A DNA stretch of 64,000 bases, from NCBI RefSeq assembly GCF_009914755.1, contig NC_060925.1, one strand, 5' to 3'. This document shows, piece after piece, positions 17,851 through 30,861 of the stretch. The notes below the pieces were generated by a model. The model did not search any database. It saw only the letters and a program-made list of their open reading frames with translations, and was not told the DNA's origin. Made by a program: the position numbers and the translations under genes. The DNA comes from the human T2T-CHM13v2.0 reference genome, Homo sapiens. How positions within the stretch are numbered: the stretch's first letter is position 1; each line of letters begins with the position of its first letter.

Positions 17851-19069
17851 CTGTGGAAAGAAAAAAGGAGAAGAACATTTAAGTAACAGAACCAATTTAA
17901 CTGGAAATGTGAAAAAAAGGGATTTACAGTCATTGAGGTAGTGATATAAAATGTCTAGCACATGTCTGGCACTAAGCAGGCCCTCAGCCATTAGGTAGTT
18001 CAACTAGTATCACTCAGAGTATAAGACAGACAAAGGCAATAGGATCATAATATTTTTTAAGAATAATACCACTTATTGAATATTTTATGTGCCAGACAAT
18101 TTATAGGCGCTTTTAAAGTCATCCCTTTAAATCTTCACATAATGCCATGAAGTAGGTAACATCCTCACTTTACAGAAGAGGAAACTGAGGATCACACAGA
18201 TTGCATAATTTGCCTAAAGTTACCTAGTTGGTAACCAGCACAGCCTGAATTTAAATTCAAATCTATTTAAATCTAACATCCAGATTCTTTTTTGTTAGAT
18301 TGTGTTGTCTTACTGTGTGCCAAATCTTAATTTAGAGTTAGGAAAACAAAAAAGTTATCACAGAGGAATTTAATAGCTATAACTATTTTGGCAGAAGTGA
18401 GTCTTCATGACATGCCTGAGTGGCAAGGCTTGTAACAATTACAGTTCTCAGGAAATTTAGTTCAAGATCAAGATGGAGAATTAAATGCCAAACCTTTAAT
18501 GTCAATGTAAGGGTAACAAATTAGTGCAAGGGGGAATTTTTTGGCTCTGATTTTGGCTAATCTCAGTAAAAATCAAGACAGTTAAGTTTATGATAGAAGG
18601 ATCCTGGATTAGATTTATGAGACTTAAGATTGCTTTCTCATTTTTAAGGAAAGTATTTCTTTGACAAAGAATTTGTTTTTCAGCAAATCACAAACAGATA
18701 ATGCTTAGCACTAGTATAAGACAATAGTTTGAAATGAAGAATAAGTAGAAGAAAATAGCATTTCTTCATGGTACATTTACATTATAGCTACTACAGAGCA
18801 TTAAACCTACCGGGTCTTGAACATAGCAGGCAGTGAAATTGTTTGAGACTAAATAAATCAGGTACTCTGCCATTCTTCAGCACAAATGCTTTGGAGCAAG
18901 AATTGATCTTGGGCCATAACCAGGAAAACAAGACATCTAGGAAAACTTACATTCCAATTATAAACCTAACCATGTATCAAACAAAATAAAAAAAATAGGT
19001 AGAAACAAATCCTAGGATAGGCTACATTTCTAAAAACTTGAAAAACCTTAATAAAACCTTTTTTTAAAA

Positions 19070-20103
19070 TTGAAAAATTGGATCTAACTAAAGAGCTTCT
19101 GCACAGCAAACGAAATTATCATCAGAGTTGAACAGACAACCTACAGAATGGGAGAAAATTTTTGCAATCTATCTATCTCACAAAGGACTAATATCCAGAA
19201 TCCACAAGGAACTTATGCAAATTTACAAGAAAAAAACAATCCCATTAAAAAGCAGGCAAAGGATATGAACAGACACTTCTCAAAAAAAGACATATATATG
19301 GCCAACAAACATATTAAAAAAACAGCTCAACATCACTGATCATTAGAGAAATGCAAATCAAAACCACAATGAGATACCATCGTATGCCAGTCAGAATGGC
19401 GATTACTAAAAAGTCAAGAAACAACAAATGCTGGTGACGGTACGGAGAAATAGGAACACTTTCACACTGTTGGTGGGAATGTAAATTAGTTCAACCACTG
19501 TGGAAGACAGTGTGGTGATTCCTCAAAGATTTAGAACCACAAATACCATTTGACCCAGCAATCCCATTACTGGGTATATACTCAAAGGAATATAAACCAT
19601 TCTATTATAAAGATACATGCACATGTATGTTTACTGCAGCACTATTCCCAATAGCAAAGACATGGAATCAACCCAAATGCCCATCAATGATAGACTAGAT
19701 AAAGAAAATATGGTACATATATGCCATGGAATACTATGTAGCCATAAAAAGGAATGAGATCATGTCCTTTGCAGAGACACGGATGAAGCTGGAAGCCATT
19801 ATTCTCAGCAAACTAATGCAGGAACAGAAACCCAAACACCGCATGTTCTCACTTACAAGTAGGAGCTGAACAATGAGAACACATGGACACAGGGAGGGGA
19901 ACACTTACTGGGGCCTGTTGGGGGAGGGTGGGGGGAGAGCATTAGGGGAATAAGCTAATGCATGCTGGGCTTAATACCTAGGTGATGGGTCGATAGGTAC
20001 AGCAAACCACCATGGCACATGTTTACCTGTGTAACAAACCTGCACATCCTACACATGTACCTCAGAACTTAAAAAACTAAATAAAATAATTTTATATAAA
20101 AAA
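19070..20103 (+). mobile_element. 5'-truncated L1PA (ORF2 end + 3'UTR), antisense to GDAP2
   Basis: 'aaagagcttctgcacagcaaa...caacctacagaatgggagaaaat...tgacccagcaatcccattactgggtatata...aacctgcacatcctacacatgtacc' + A-rich tail. Confidence 0.93.
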
Positions 20104-20819
20104 GAAATACCTATAAAAATGTTTCACTGACCAAATCCTTTATCTTCAATATGCATGGAAGCTATACTTACAGAAACATGCCCTGAAGAGATGAATCTAT
20201 TCTGAGTTTCATCTGAAAAGTTCACTATCTGTCTTTAGGAGTTCTCTATTCTATTACCAATTTTTTCTAAGTTTTTCACACCTACATTAAATTATGACAA
20301 ACTAAGAAGAGCAAGTTCAATACTTAATGCCATGAAATAGAATTTCCATTATTAATTTCACACTGGGCAAGAGACTGCTGAGCAATCAAATATTTTTTCT
20401 ATTTCTGGAAACAATCATAGAAATTTTAAGAATTGTTGCCAGGAAAAACTGTATATTCTCTGCTCTGTGTTTTTAAGAATGCCAATAACTCTCTTTCTGA
20501 AATGGTCTCAGTATCATTGTTACCTAGATAGGTTAAAAAATAGCTTCTGATTACCTTCAAAGGTCCCTTTTAATCCTATAAAATTGATGTTGCTATTCCA
20601 AGTCACATAAATCCCAGAAAAATAGAAGCCCACTGAAACTTGGGTTTCTTTTTTTTTTTAAACAGATACTAACCACTTCACTCCTTAACCAAATAAAGAA
20701 CCTTCTATATGCAAGGCACAATTTGAACATGATAATGAAATTAACCAACTCTATACTCATTTCTTTTCTCTGATCATAGTTTTAATTCTTCCTAACAAAG
20801 GAAAATGTTTCCTTACAAG

Positions 20820-21380
20820 GTAACATGCAGCTACCTACTGGTATCTCCATTTCAATGACTGATGGGGCATCTCAAACCTACTGTGTCACAAACTGAACAC
20901 AGTACCTGTCCTTTCCCCCTAATCTGTCAATCCTTTTCCTCCAAATTGCTTCTCTGTGGTGGTAGCAACATATCCACCAAGTCTCCCAAAGCAGAAACTT
21001 ATTTTCTGCTTCATCCTTAGTGGCTACTCAGTCACCAAATGCTGTGAATTTTATTTCCTAAAATGTCTATTTCTAAATATCTCTAAAATCTTCAAATCCC
21101 TGCCATTATCACTACCACTGCCCTAACAATATAGTCTCGTTTCTCTGCCAGCCTTTACTAATAGACCTCATCTTTTCCCCCATGGACTTACCCTTCCCTC
21201 TCTAGTCATTCTCTGTGCTGTTTCTACAGTCATTGTCTAAACAGCAATGTAATGGCAATTCTCCCTTGCAGAACACTCTTCACTGACTACAAAGCCAAAG
21301 ACCTGCAGCACTAATATGTAAAGTTACTGTATCCAGCGATGTGCTCTCTGCCTGACCCTTCCACATCATCTCCTGATATC
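20820..21380 (-). mobile_element. L2 fragment
   Basis: 'ggcatctcaaacctactgtgtcacaaactgaac...tcagtcaccaaatgctgtgaattttatttcctaaa' resembles reverse L2 3' region. Confidence 0.5.
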
Positions 21381-21383
21381 TTC

Positions 21384-23724
21384 TGCTATAGTTTGAATAT
21401 CTGACCTTCCAAACTTCATGTTGAAATTTGATCCCCATGCTGGAAGTAGGGCCTAGTCGGAGGTGTTTGGGTCATGGGGCAGATCCCTCATAAATGTCTT
21501 GGTGCTGTCCTTGTGGTAATAAGTTCTCACTCTATTTGTTCCTATGAAAGCTTGTTGTTAAAAAGGGCCTGGCATGCCCCTTCCTTCTCTCTCTTGCTTT
21601 CTCTTTTGCCATGTGATCTCTACACCCACCAGCTCCCCTTACCCTTCGACCATGAGTAGAAGCAGCCTGAGTCCCTCACCTGAAGTAGATGCTGGTGTGA
21701 TGCTTCTTGTACAGCCTGCAGAAATGTGAGCCAAATAAACCTCTTTTCTTCATAAATTACCCAGCCTCAGGTATTCCTTTATGGCCACATAAAAATGGAT
21801 GAAGGCAGAAAATTGGTACTGAGGGGTGGGGTGTTGCTATAAAGAGACCTGAAAATGTGGAAGCAGCTTTGGAACTGGGTAATGGGCAGAGGCTAGAAGA
21901 GTCTGCAAGGATCAGAAGACAACAGAAAGACTTAGGGAAAGTTTGAAACTTCTTAGAGATTGGTTAAGTGGTTGTGACCAAAATGCTGATAGAAATACAG
22001 ACAGTAAAGGCCATGCTGATAAGGTCTCAGATGGAAGTGGGGAACTTAGGAATTAGAGCAAAGGTCATCCTTGTTACACCCTAGCAAAGAACTTAGCTGC
22101 ACTGTGTCCATCCCCTAGGGTTTTATGGAAGGCCAAACAATACTGGTACCCTATGGTATCTGCTGGAGGAAATTTCTAAGCAGTAAAGCATTCAAGAAGT
22201 GGTGTGGCTGCTTTTAACAGCTTATAACCAGATATGAGAGCAAAGAAATGACAAAAAGTTGGAATTTATAATTAAAAAGGACACAGAACATAAAATTTTA
22301 GAAACTCAGCCTAGGCATGTGGTAGAGAAGGAAAGAACATTTTCAAGAGAGGAATCTAGGGGTGCTGTGGAGCAACCACTTGCTAGAGAGATTAGCAAGG
22401 ATAAATCTTTGAGGTAGCTCCTCGCATCACAGACCCAGAGGACTAGGAAGACAGAATGGTTTGGGAGCGACAAGGCTTTAACACTTCAGGATGCTGCTCT
22501 CTGCATCCCAGCCCCTCTGGTTCCAGCGATGGCTCAAAGGGTCCCAGGTACTGCTCAGGCAACAGCTCTGGAGGGTGCAAGCTATAAGCTTTGGTGGCTT
22601 CCATGTGGTGTTAAGTCTGCAGGCATGCAGCATGCAAGAGTGGTGGAGGCTTGGCAGCTTGGAACTAGATTTCAGAGGATACATCAGAAAGCCTGGGTTC
22701 CCAGATAGAAGTCTGCTCCAGTGGTGGAGCACCTCCAGGCAGTCCTCACTGGGGCACTGCCTAGTGGAGCTGTGGGGTTGGGTTGCTCCCGTCCAGACCC
22801 AGAATTTCAGCCTGGAAAAACCTCTAGCATTCAGCTTCAACCTGTGAGAGCAAGCCATGTGGGTGGCAACCAGCAAAGCCATGGGGGTGGGGGTGCCCAA
22901 GGCCTTGGGAGCCCACCCCTTGTACCAGTGTGCCCAGTATGCAGAACATAAAGCCAAAGGAGATTATTTTGGAGATTTAAGATTTAGTGTCTGCCCTGAT
23001 AGGTTTTGGACTTATAAGGGGCCAGTTACCCCTTTCTTTTGGCCTGTTCCTCTTATTCCTCCCTTTTGGAATGGGAATGTTTACCCAGTGCCTGTACAAC
23101 CATTATATCTTGGAAGCAAATAATTTGATTTTGAGTTTACAGATTTACAGCTGTGAGGAACTTGCCTTGAGTCTCCAGATGAGACTTTGGATTTCTGAGT
23201 TGGTGCTGGAACAAGGTAAAACTTTTGGGGACTGCTGGGATGGAATGATTGTATTTTGCATGAGGGAAGAACATGAGGTTTGGGTGGCTAGGGGCAAAAT
23301 GCTACATTTTGGATATTTGACCCTCTAAACCTCATGTTAAAACCTGATCCCCAGTGTTGGAGGTGGGGTCTAATGTGAGGTGTTTGAGTCATGGGGTGGG
23401 GCAGATCTCTCATAAATGGCTTGGTGCTGTCCTTGTGGTAATAAGTAAGTCCTTGCTCTATTAGTTCCTGTGAAAGCTGGTTGTTAAAAAGAGCCTGGCA
23501 CCTCCCTTCCCTCTCTCTTGCTTCCCTTCCCACCATGAGATCCCTGCACATACTGGTTTCCCTTCCCCTTCTGCCGTGAGTGGAAGCAGCCTGAGTCCCT
23601 CACCAGAAGCAGATGCTGGTGCCCTGCTTCTCATACAGCCTGCAGAACCATGAACCAAATAAATCTATTCTTTATACTTAGCCTCAGGTATTCCCTTACA
23701 GCAACAAAGAAATGGACTAAGAAA
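21384..23724 (+). mobile_element. Two-LTR MaLR element: MSTB-like LTR (21384-21807), MST-int (21808-23299), LTR (23300-23724)
   Basis: Two homologous ~425-bp LTRs (TGCTA...aataaa...cctcaggtattcc...); internal part starts gaaaattggtact and ends in a purine tract 'ggggcaaaa'; degenerate 5-bp TSD tcttc/ccctc. Confidence 0.9.
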
Positions 23725-25197
23725 CCCTCTTTTGTTTCTTCCCCATTTTTATGCCTCTCTTTGATCTAACATCTCAATTTTAGAAAGCTCTAGCATAGGT
23801 ACAAAGAGATGATCCAATGAGCCAAGTGTTAGATTATAAGTTAGTCTACTTAATTTTGATTAATTACATTATGCTTGTATTTATACAAAAATAAAACAGC
23901 CAAAATACACAACCAAACAAAACAAAAAACAAAACCAAGCTTGAGTGTGGTGGAGCTATACTTAATATTTAATGAAAGCCTGCTTTATAGGCCCTTAAGT
24001 ATATAGAAAATGCTTTGGCTTAAAATACAGTCCTTTAGGTTTCCTAATCAAACACCCAACTTATATATTTCTATCCCAGAAAATAAATGATAAATCCAGA
24101 TACTAGCTATGAATTGTCTTCAAAATTTTGAGTGTAAAAATGTTGCTTAGTGCCTTTCACATTTTCTGCTATCCATTTTTTTAAGCATTAAGATGAGTGA
24201 TGTAGAGTTCAAAGGAAAAACACTAAGATCATTTTCTACTCCAGCAATCTGCAGTAAATACAAACTAATGTACTCTTTTCTCTTTCCTATATTCAACAAT
24301 TTTTGTATCTATGATCCAGCTGCTCCAGTTACAAATCCTCTCTGTATAACAGCCAAATATGAAATTTTATTAGCCATTAGATCACATTATACACTTTACT
24401 CTGCACATAAGGGGAAAAAAATTATAGCTAAAGTTAGAGAAATGTTAGAGAGAAATTGTGTTGCAGAATTTTTATTTTGCTGTATAAACACTGCACAATA
24501 ATTAGGGAAGAATAATTCATTTCAAACTTAATATAACTTTCAAATCTATCCCCTGGTTCATACAATATAAAGATAAGCAATCAGCAACAGTTAAACAATC
24601 AGCTTGATGAGCTTTTGGCCAAGTGTGTTACTTTTTTTTTTTCAAAAATTACTAAGGTGATATCATGAATAAACACAATAGAATAAATTGATGAAATTCA
24701 CGAGTAGTCCTGTGACTAGTGCTTATGTAACAGATCCATAAACGCATCTATAAATAACAACAATAATATTATCAGATGATGCTCTTAAAAACATTATACA
24801 ACCTTTTAGATAAATGAAACTTTTAGCAGGGTAAAGACTACTGAGATAGGCCACATGATTTGCAATTAATTCTAAAAGTGATCACCAATAAATTCTTCTG
24901 GCTCTGTGTAGATGGAAAGCCATTCAATCTTAAGAAAATTAGGCAGAGGTATCTGTTTTAAATATGGTAGAAAACTTACAATACAAACGAAAATTGGTTC
25001 TGAACTCACAGCAGAGAGATCTCCCACTGAAACGTTTATCTGGAGAAAATGCCTCTCTTGGGAGAAATCCTTTTCCTAAAGTTATCATAGGGAAAGTATG
25101 TTAAATGATATTACCAAGTTTATTAAGACTCACTAATTTACATTAATATCTGGTAATGACAGGATGTTGTGCTCGTAAGTGCTGCTCTATAGAACAG

Positions 25198-25242
25198 TTA
25201 ATATACCATACCAGGTGAGGGAGAACTTCTGGTACTTCTTAC
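25198..25242 (-). CDS. GDAP2: GDAP2 alternative C-terminus (exon-13 read-through into intron)
   Basis: Frame continues past the donor as VRSTRSSPSPGMVY-TAA; minus-strand AATAAA at 25119-25124; matches my recollection of a 496-aa isoform. Confidence 0.75.
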   Translation of the reverse strand, partial: VRSTRSSPSPGMVY

Positions 25243-25386
25243 CCTGGCATCATATTCAAGGACAAAAGGAGGAAAGTCAATCTGTTCTGGTGATATGGCA
25301 GAAAACAGCTGGTGGAGGCTGTCCACATGGTGGATTTTGTCCTTCAGTCCTGAGACAGAAAAGGTGGTAAAAAACCATGTTGACAC
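25243..25386 (-). CDS. GDAP2: GDAP2 coding exon (approx. exon 13), CRAL-TRIO domain
   Basis: tcag|GTGTCAACA...GCCAGG|gtaaga; 144 nt; VSTWFFTTFSVSGLKDKIHHVDSLHQLFSAISPEQIDFPPFVLEYDAR. Confidence 0.97.
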
Positions 25387-26700
25387 CTGATTAATAGAAG
25401 AGAAAAAATAATTTAAGCTAGTTGCCATAGTTAGAAACATAAACACAATTTGGAAAATTTATAGTAGATAAAAACTATATTTCAAAGTCTTAAAATAACT
25501 AGTGTTTTCAAAGCGCAATCTGAATTTTGCAATCATCAGTTTAGTTGATTATTAATAACATTAAAAAGAAGAAACGAGGATAACACTGACTAGAGACTAT
25601 AAGAAGAATGAGTTTTGTTTCATGAAGCTTTTGTTTCCATTACATGTATATAAGTTCCCATGCGTGTAGTGTGTTAGTGCTGTACTACATGCTTCTTACT
25701 GTGGGTTGTAGTCAAAACCGCTGCATTATTTGGTAGAATAATTGGTGTTCCAGTCTTCTGAAAATGGTTAATATCTCCAAATCTCACACTGTGAATTTTT
25801 CAAATGAGACTGAAAAGAAAATTTGTGCCAATATTTGGGACTCATATATTTTCAGTTGATGCTTGGCATGAATTTCTTTCTCGAAGTCCATCAAAGTGAA
25901 TCACTTGTAGATGTGGTGCCATCTTTGCTCATTTCACTTGACAACATGCAATCCCTCTCTAAAAGCTAGTCTGCAAAATTTGTTGGTTCCCAAAAAAAGG
26001 ATAAAAAATTCTTGATACCAAACAATACTGACATAAACTAGGTAATGGCTTGAATTTAAAAATTACTGTTTATCTATCTAAATTGGCAATCACAAATTAG
26101 TCCATGTTTATCAACATACTATACAATAGTCCTATGAGGCAGGTATGATATTGTTGCTATCCCCATTTTACTTACAGAAGAAGGTAACGTATGCAGGAAA
26201 TAGCAAACTTTTTTGAAAAGGACCATTATAGTAAATATTGCAGGCTTCTTATAATAACATTATCAGAAAATCGTTCACAAGGCATGCCTGAAGGTTCTTG
26301 GAGCAGTGCAATATTGGAGGCAGGACAACATGAAAATTAATTAGGAGGCTGCTGTGTCATTTCAAGTAAAAGCTGATAGTGGGATGAACTAATGTAGAGG
26401 CAGTGGGAATAAAGACACAGACATAAATTTGAGCAATTGTAAACACACAGAACTGATGCAATGTGCTAGGAGATGAGGTACAGAAAGTGCTCCAGAATGC
26501 CTCTCTGGTTTCTGGCTTAGGCACTTGGGTAGGCAGAAGTCCCATTTGCTAACACAGAAAACACAAATAGCAGTTCAGGAATAGGTGGAAGAGGAGTACA
26601 TGAGGAGTTCTGTTTAAAAATGTTGAACTTCAGGGTCCTATAAGATGCCTAAGTAGAGATATCTAACCAGTAGTTCAATACCAAGGTCTAAAGCCTAAGA

Positions 26701-26750
26701 ATGATAATGATGATGATGATGATGATGATAATGACAATGATGATGATAGT
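26701..26750. repeat. (GAT)n microsatellite at MIR tail
   Basis: atgataatgatgatgatgatgatgatgataatgacaatgatgatgatag. Confidence 0.85.
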
Positions 26751-27000
26751 GTACATTTACTGAGCACTTATTATACGTCAGGTAATGTTTTAAGTATTTT
26801 ACATGTATTAACTCATTTCATCTTTCAATAACCCTAAAAGATAGGTACTATTATTTCCATTTTATAGGGGATAAAATAAAAGCAAACAAATTATACTACT
26901 TGCCTGAGATGATAAATTGATAACTGGTAGAGCTGGGATTAGAACCCAGGTAATCTGAATCTTGAAACCATGGTTCTAAACATTAGGCTTTATTGCCTCC
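26750..27000 (-). mobile_element. MIR
   Basis: 'catttactgagcactta...aactcatttcatctttcaataaccct...ccattttatagg...gagctgggattagaacccagg'. Confidence 0.8.
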
Positions 27001-27129
27001 CCAGATATATGTTTGAAGATTGCATATATTTTGGAGGGTCACTGAAGAAATGGGAATAAAAAAGGTATAGAATTAAAGATGAGGGTGGAGAAACACGGGA
27101 ACACTAACACTCAAAGGATGCAAGCAGGA

Positions 27130-27425
27130 AGCCAGGTGCAGTGGCTCATGCCAGTAATCCCAGCACTTTGGGAGGCCAAAATGGGAGGATTACTTGAGGC
27201 CAAAAGTTTGAGACCAGCCTTGGCAACAGGGCAAGACCCCATCTCTATAAAAATACAAAATAAAAAAAATTAGCCAGACATGATGGTGCACGTCTGCAGT
27301 CCTAGCTATTCTGGAGGCCAAGGTGGGAGGACCCCTTGAGGCCAGGAGTTCTAGGTCACAGAGAGCTATAATCACACCACTGCACTCCAGTGTGGGTGAC
27401 AGACTGAGACCCTGTCTCTAAAAAG
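27130..27425 (+). mobile_element. Alu (AluJ-like) inside L2 remnants
   Basis: Dimeric Alu. Confidence 0.9.
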
Positions 27426-29056
27426 AGATGAGAAGAGAGAGAGAGAGGCTGACAAATGAGACTGAGAAGCAGCAGCTAGAAGTAGGAGAGAAACCAGGCA
27501 AGGTAAGTTTCAAAGAAGCCAAGACAAACTGTGTCAAGGAGAAGTGATCAACTGTGTTTAAGGCTGCAGGGAATGCAGGTAACAGAGAGAGAGAAAAGTG
27601 TCTATTAGATTTAGTGACCCAGAAATTATGGATGATTTTGGTGTGAAAAGCTTCAGCTGGCAAAGCAGGATAACCACACTGGAGTAATTTAAAAGGTACA
27701 TGAGAAATGGAGATGGTGAGCATAGAACAAAGATTATACTAAACAATTTTGGTCGTAAAGTGGAGGAGAGAAAAATAGATCTTAGCATTTTTAAAAGTTG
27801 GTAGATAATTTGGATCCAGCAAAGCGGGAGAGGAGAAAGACACTAACTGTTGAAGAGAGCTTCTTTAAGGAAATGGAAATACACTCTGTAGTTTACAGTC
27901 TGGGATTAAAATGCCTAGATTCAAATCCAGCCTTTGCTACTAACTGTTGGTTATCTTGGTTCCTTAATCTCTCTAAGCATCAATTCCCTTACCTGTATGG
28001 TGGGACAACTACTGCCACCTATTTCACAGGTATACTGCAAAGCTTAAGCAAGATAATTCATGGGAGGAACTGGCAGATAGCAAGTGCTCAGAAAACTTAA
28101 GCTAATGTCATTACTATGGGATTCACAGCACAGGGAAAGGGACTGTCCTTCATTAAGAAGGACATTAATGAAATGTGTTCATTAAGATGGAACACATTTT
28201 TGTGACAGAGAAAAAGGAGGCAATGATAAGAACAGCTAGCAAGTAGGTTTGGAGTGGGAAGGTAAAGATAAAGAGCTCCTTACTGACGGTTTCTTTGAGT
28301 GAAGAAAGCAGTACAATGGATTATTTCAAGTTTAGGTTTTGATGGGCAGGTGTGATGAAAGGGTAACAGGTCATAGGTTAATTTAGGCATTGACAAGAGT
28401 GGATGAAGTGATGAAATGTCAGTTTTTAGCTTGATAGAGAAGAAAATAAGGGCAAGATGATATTTTCAGAAAGTAAAAAGACCAAGAGACTAGATATCTT
28501 GATGAAGTCAAGATGTAGGCTTAGGTAGTGGGAATATAATTGTGAGCAAGACTGCTATATTCTAGCCCTCATGGATCTTGCTGGCTCATGTATAAGGAAG
28601 AAAATTAAACATGCAATTAAAATAAAAACATAACAATGATATAAGACTACAGAATCTTAAGGGGTTACAATGCTAGAACAGCTACTAGCTGCAGGATTGG
28701 TCAGGGAAGGATTTCTACAGAAAGTACAGCTGAGACCTGAAGGTCAAACAGGAGGTAGCCATGGGCAGAGGAGGGAAGTGTATTCTGTAACAACAGCATA
28801 AATGAGGCCCAGATGAACAAAGAGCACAAAAACAGGCAGGGACTGATGGGCTAACGGCTTATAAGGGTTGCCCACAAAGGTGCTGGAGTCACATACAACC
28901 AAAACATCAGGACCACAACTCAAGATCACTTAGAAACCAGGAAATTAGCAGTCACAATGGTGACAGCAACAATTAAGTTGCTGAGCTATTATCTTAATAC
29001 TCTGGGCATGCAGTGCACATAAATTCTAGATTTAACCAAAGAGAAAAATACTGTAC

Positions 29057-29111
29057 CTTTGAACGAAATGTGGGATGTACAAAATAAACAGCCTTCAAAT
29101 TCCTCTTGTAC
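29057..29111 (-). CDS. GDAP2: GDAP2 coding exon (approx. exon 12), CRAL-TRIO domain
   Basis: tcag|GTACAAGAGG...TCAAAG|gtacag; 55 nt; YKRNLKAVYFVHPTFRSK, with the BCH/Sec14 'KNLK.LY.VHPT' motif. Confidence 0.96.
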
Positions 29112-30721
29112 CTGATCCAAAAATAAAATGACAAAAAAAATCAGTATAAGTTCATGCCTAAAACCAATTACTATTATAGACTATTAACTATTTGCCTGAG
29201 TATATAAATATATTCAGAGAAAAATAAAGACAGCTATAATTTACAGATTGAATTTTAGGTGAATGCCAAAAACAATTCAGAGAACATTCCATTTTTTAAA
29301 GTATCTCTTTTATAGGAGATATTAAGTGCTTCTGTCAGCTGCTATAGGTAGGACAAAGTTAAGTAAATTTGTATTTAAGAAACAAATTTATGGTGTGTCA
29401 TTTTTTAATATGATGCTAGAATCTCTGGGATCAGAGTTAAACAGCAGCTAAACCACTTAAAATTATAGCAAAATTTTAAACTAAAAGTTTCAATGGTCAT
29501 ATTACAACAACAGATTGTTGTAACAATCTGTTATAATAACAATATTATAACAGAATTTGCTGTGCCCCAGAAATTGTAGAGGCCTTCTACTTAAATTCTC
29601 AAAACAATTCTATGAGCTCAGTACTATTATTGCAGCTATTTTTGCCCTCCCAAAGTCACCCAGTCATCAAGTGGCAGAGCCAGGAACTGAACCCAGGCAA
29701 TACCACTCCAGATTCATTCTCCTATCCACTATTCCATCTGGCCTCTCTACGTGTGCCTGAGATTTTTTCAACAGTTCAGTAATCAACATTGGGTCACGTG
29801 AAGTTAATTGGAAAGGACGTCAGAGAAATAGTACAAACTATTTCACAGTTGAGGCCTGTTCCACGTTTAAGAACTGGTTAGTGGTAGAAGCAGAACTACA
29901 TATATACAACCCACATTCAGAGTAAGCTAAAAAGGTGTCTATTGGGTAATGAAAGCTTTAATATTCCTAAATAAGATGAGATTTAATGGGAGAAGTAGGA
30001 TAGCTGGAAATTTATGGTAACTTGCCTTCTTTGTACCCTAACTGTAAAATGGGCTTTTCAATGCAATCCACACAGACATTGTGATGCTACAAATAACAGA
30101 ACAGCTAACAGGAGGGTTGAGTGCCACTTTTTATTCAGAAAAAAAAATAAGAAAAAATGTAAAACACTACATTTCATCTTTGCTATAGTGGGGTATCATG
30201 TATTTTCTGGTTAAAATTTCCATTATCATTTCAAGGGAAATATGCTTTAATGAAAATAATTTTCTAGCTCCAAGTCAGTAACCTGGGTTCAAGTCCAAAT
30301 TCTGCATTTACTGTTGTGAGACTTTGGGCACATACTTCACCTTGCAGAATGTCAATATCTTCCATCTTTCAAACACAGATAATATCTCTCCTAACCAACT
30401 CCTGGGTTAAAGGATCAAAGTAAATAATGTTTATAAATGTATTTTGATAAGTATAATACATCATATAAATAGAAGGTAGTATTTTTGTTATTTTATCCAC
30501 AAAGATTGGTAATGTAAAAAGTTTACATATGAATTTACTTTAATGCAAAATAAGTTTCAGTTACGGAGGGTCTCCTATGATTGAAGTATCTAATCTAGGT
30601 ATGATAAAAGTCTTTGTTACATGAAATATCCTTTCACAGAATACAAAGCAATGTTTGCCACTGCTTAATATTAGAAAAGAAAGAAACTATTTCCCCTTCA
30701 TAATTTGCAAAAATAACTAAC

Positions 30722-30861
30722 TTGACATCAACAACATCGTAGAGTTTCTTCAGGAAGTCGGAGTCCAGGTGATTGTATTCGCTGGTCAGGGTGTGAAAAT
30801 ACACTAATACATACTCCTTCACAGCAATGTGATCCATTACATGAATGAAATATAAGAGAGC
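30722..30861 (-). CDS. GDAP2: GDAP2 coding exon (approx. exon 11), CRAL-TRIO domain
   Basis: ttag|GCTCTCTTA...GATGTCAA|gttagt; 140 nt; ALLYFIHVMDHIAVKEYVLVYFHTLTSEYNHLDSDFLKKLYDVVDV(K). Confidence 0.97.

Noticed and set aside
19910-19950. G-quadruplex-like G-run cluster
   Set aside because: It is the standard G-rich tract of the L1PA 3'UTR
22478-23328. Several 76-159 aa ORFs on both strands
   Set aside because: They lie in the MST internal region; no recognisable domain; typical chance ORFs of a GC-richer repeat
30634-30721. Exon-11 read-through ORF (LVIFANYEG...LCIL*)
   Set aside because: No clear nearby poly(A) signal seen; it would truncate the CRAL-TRIO domain; likely incidental
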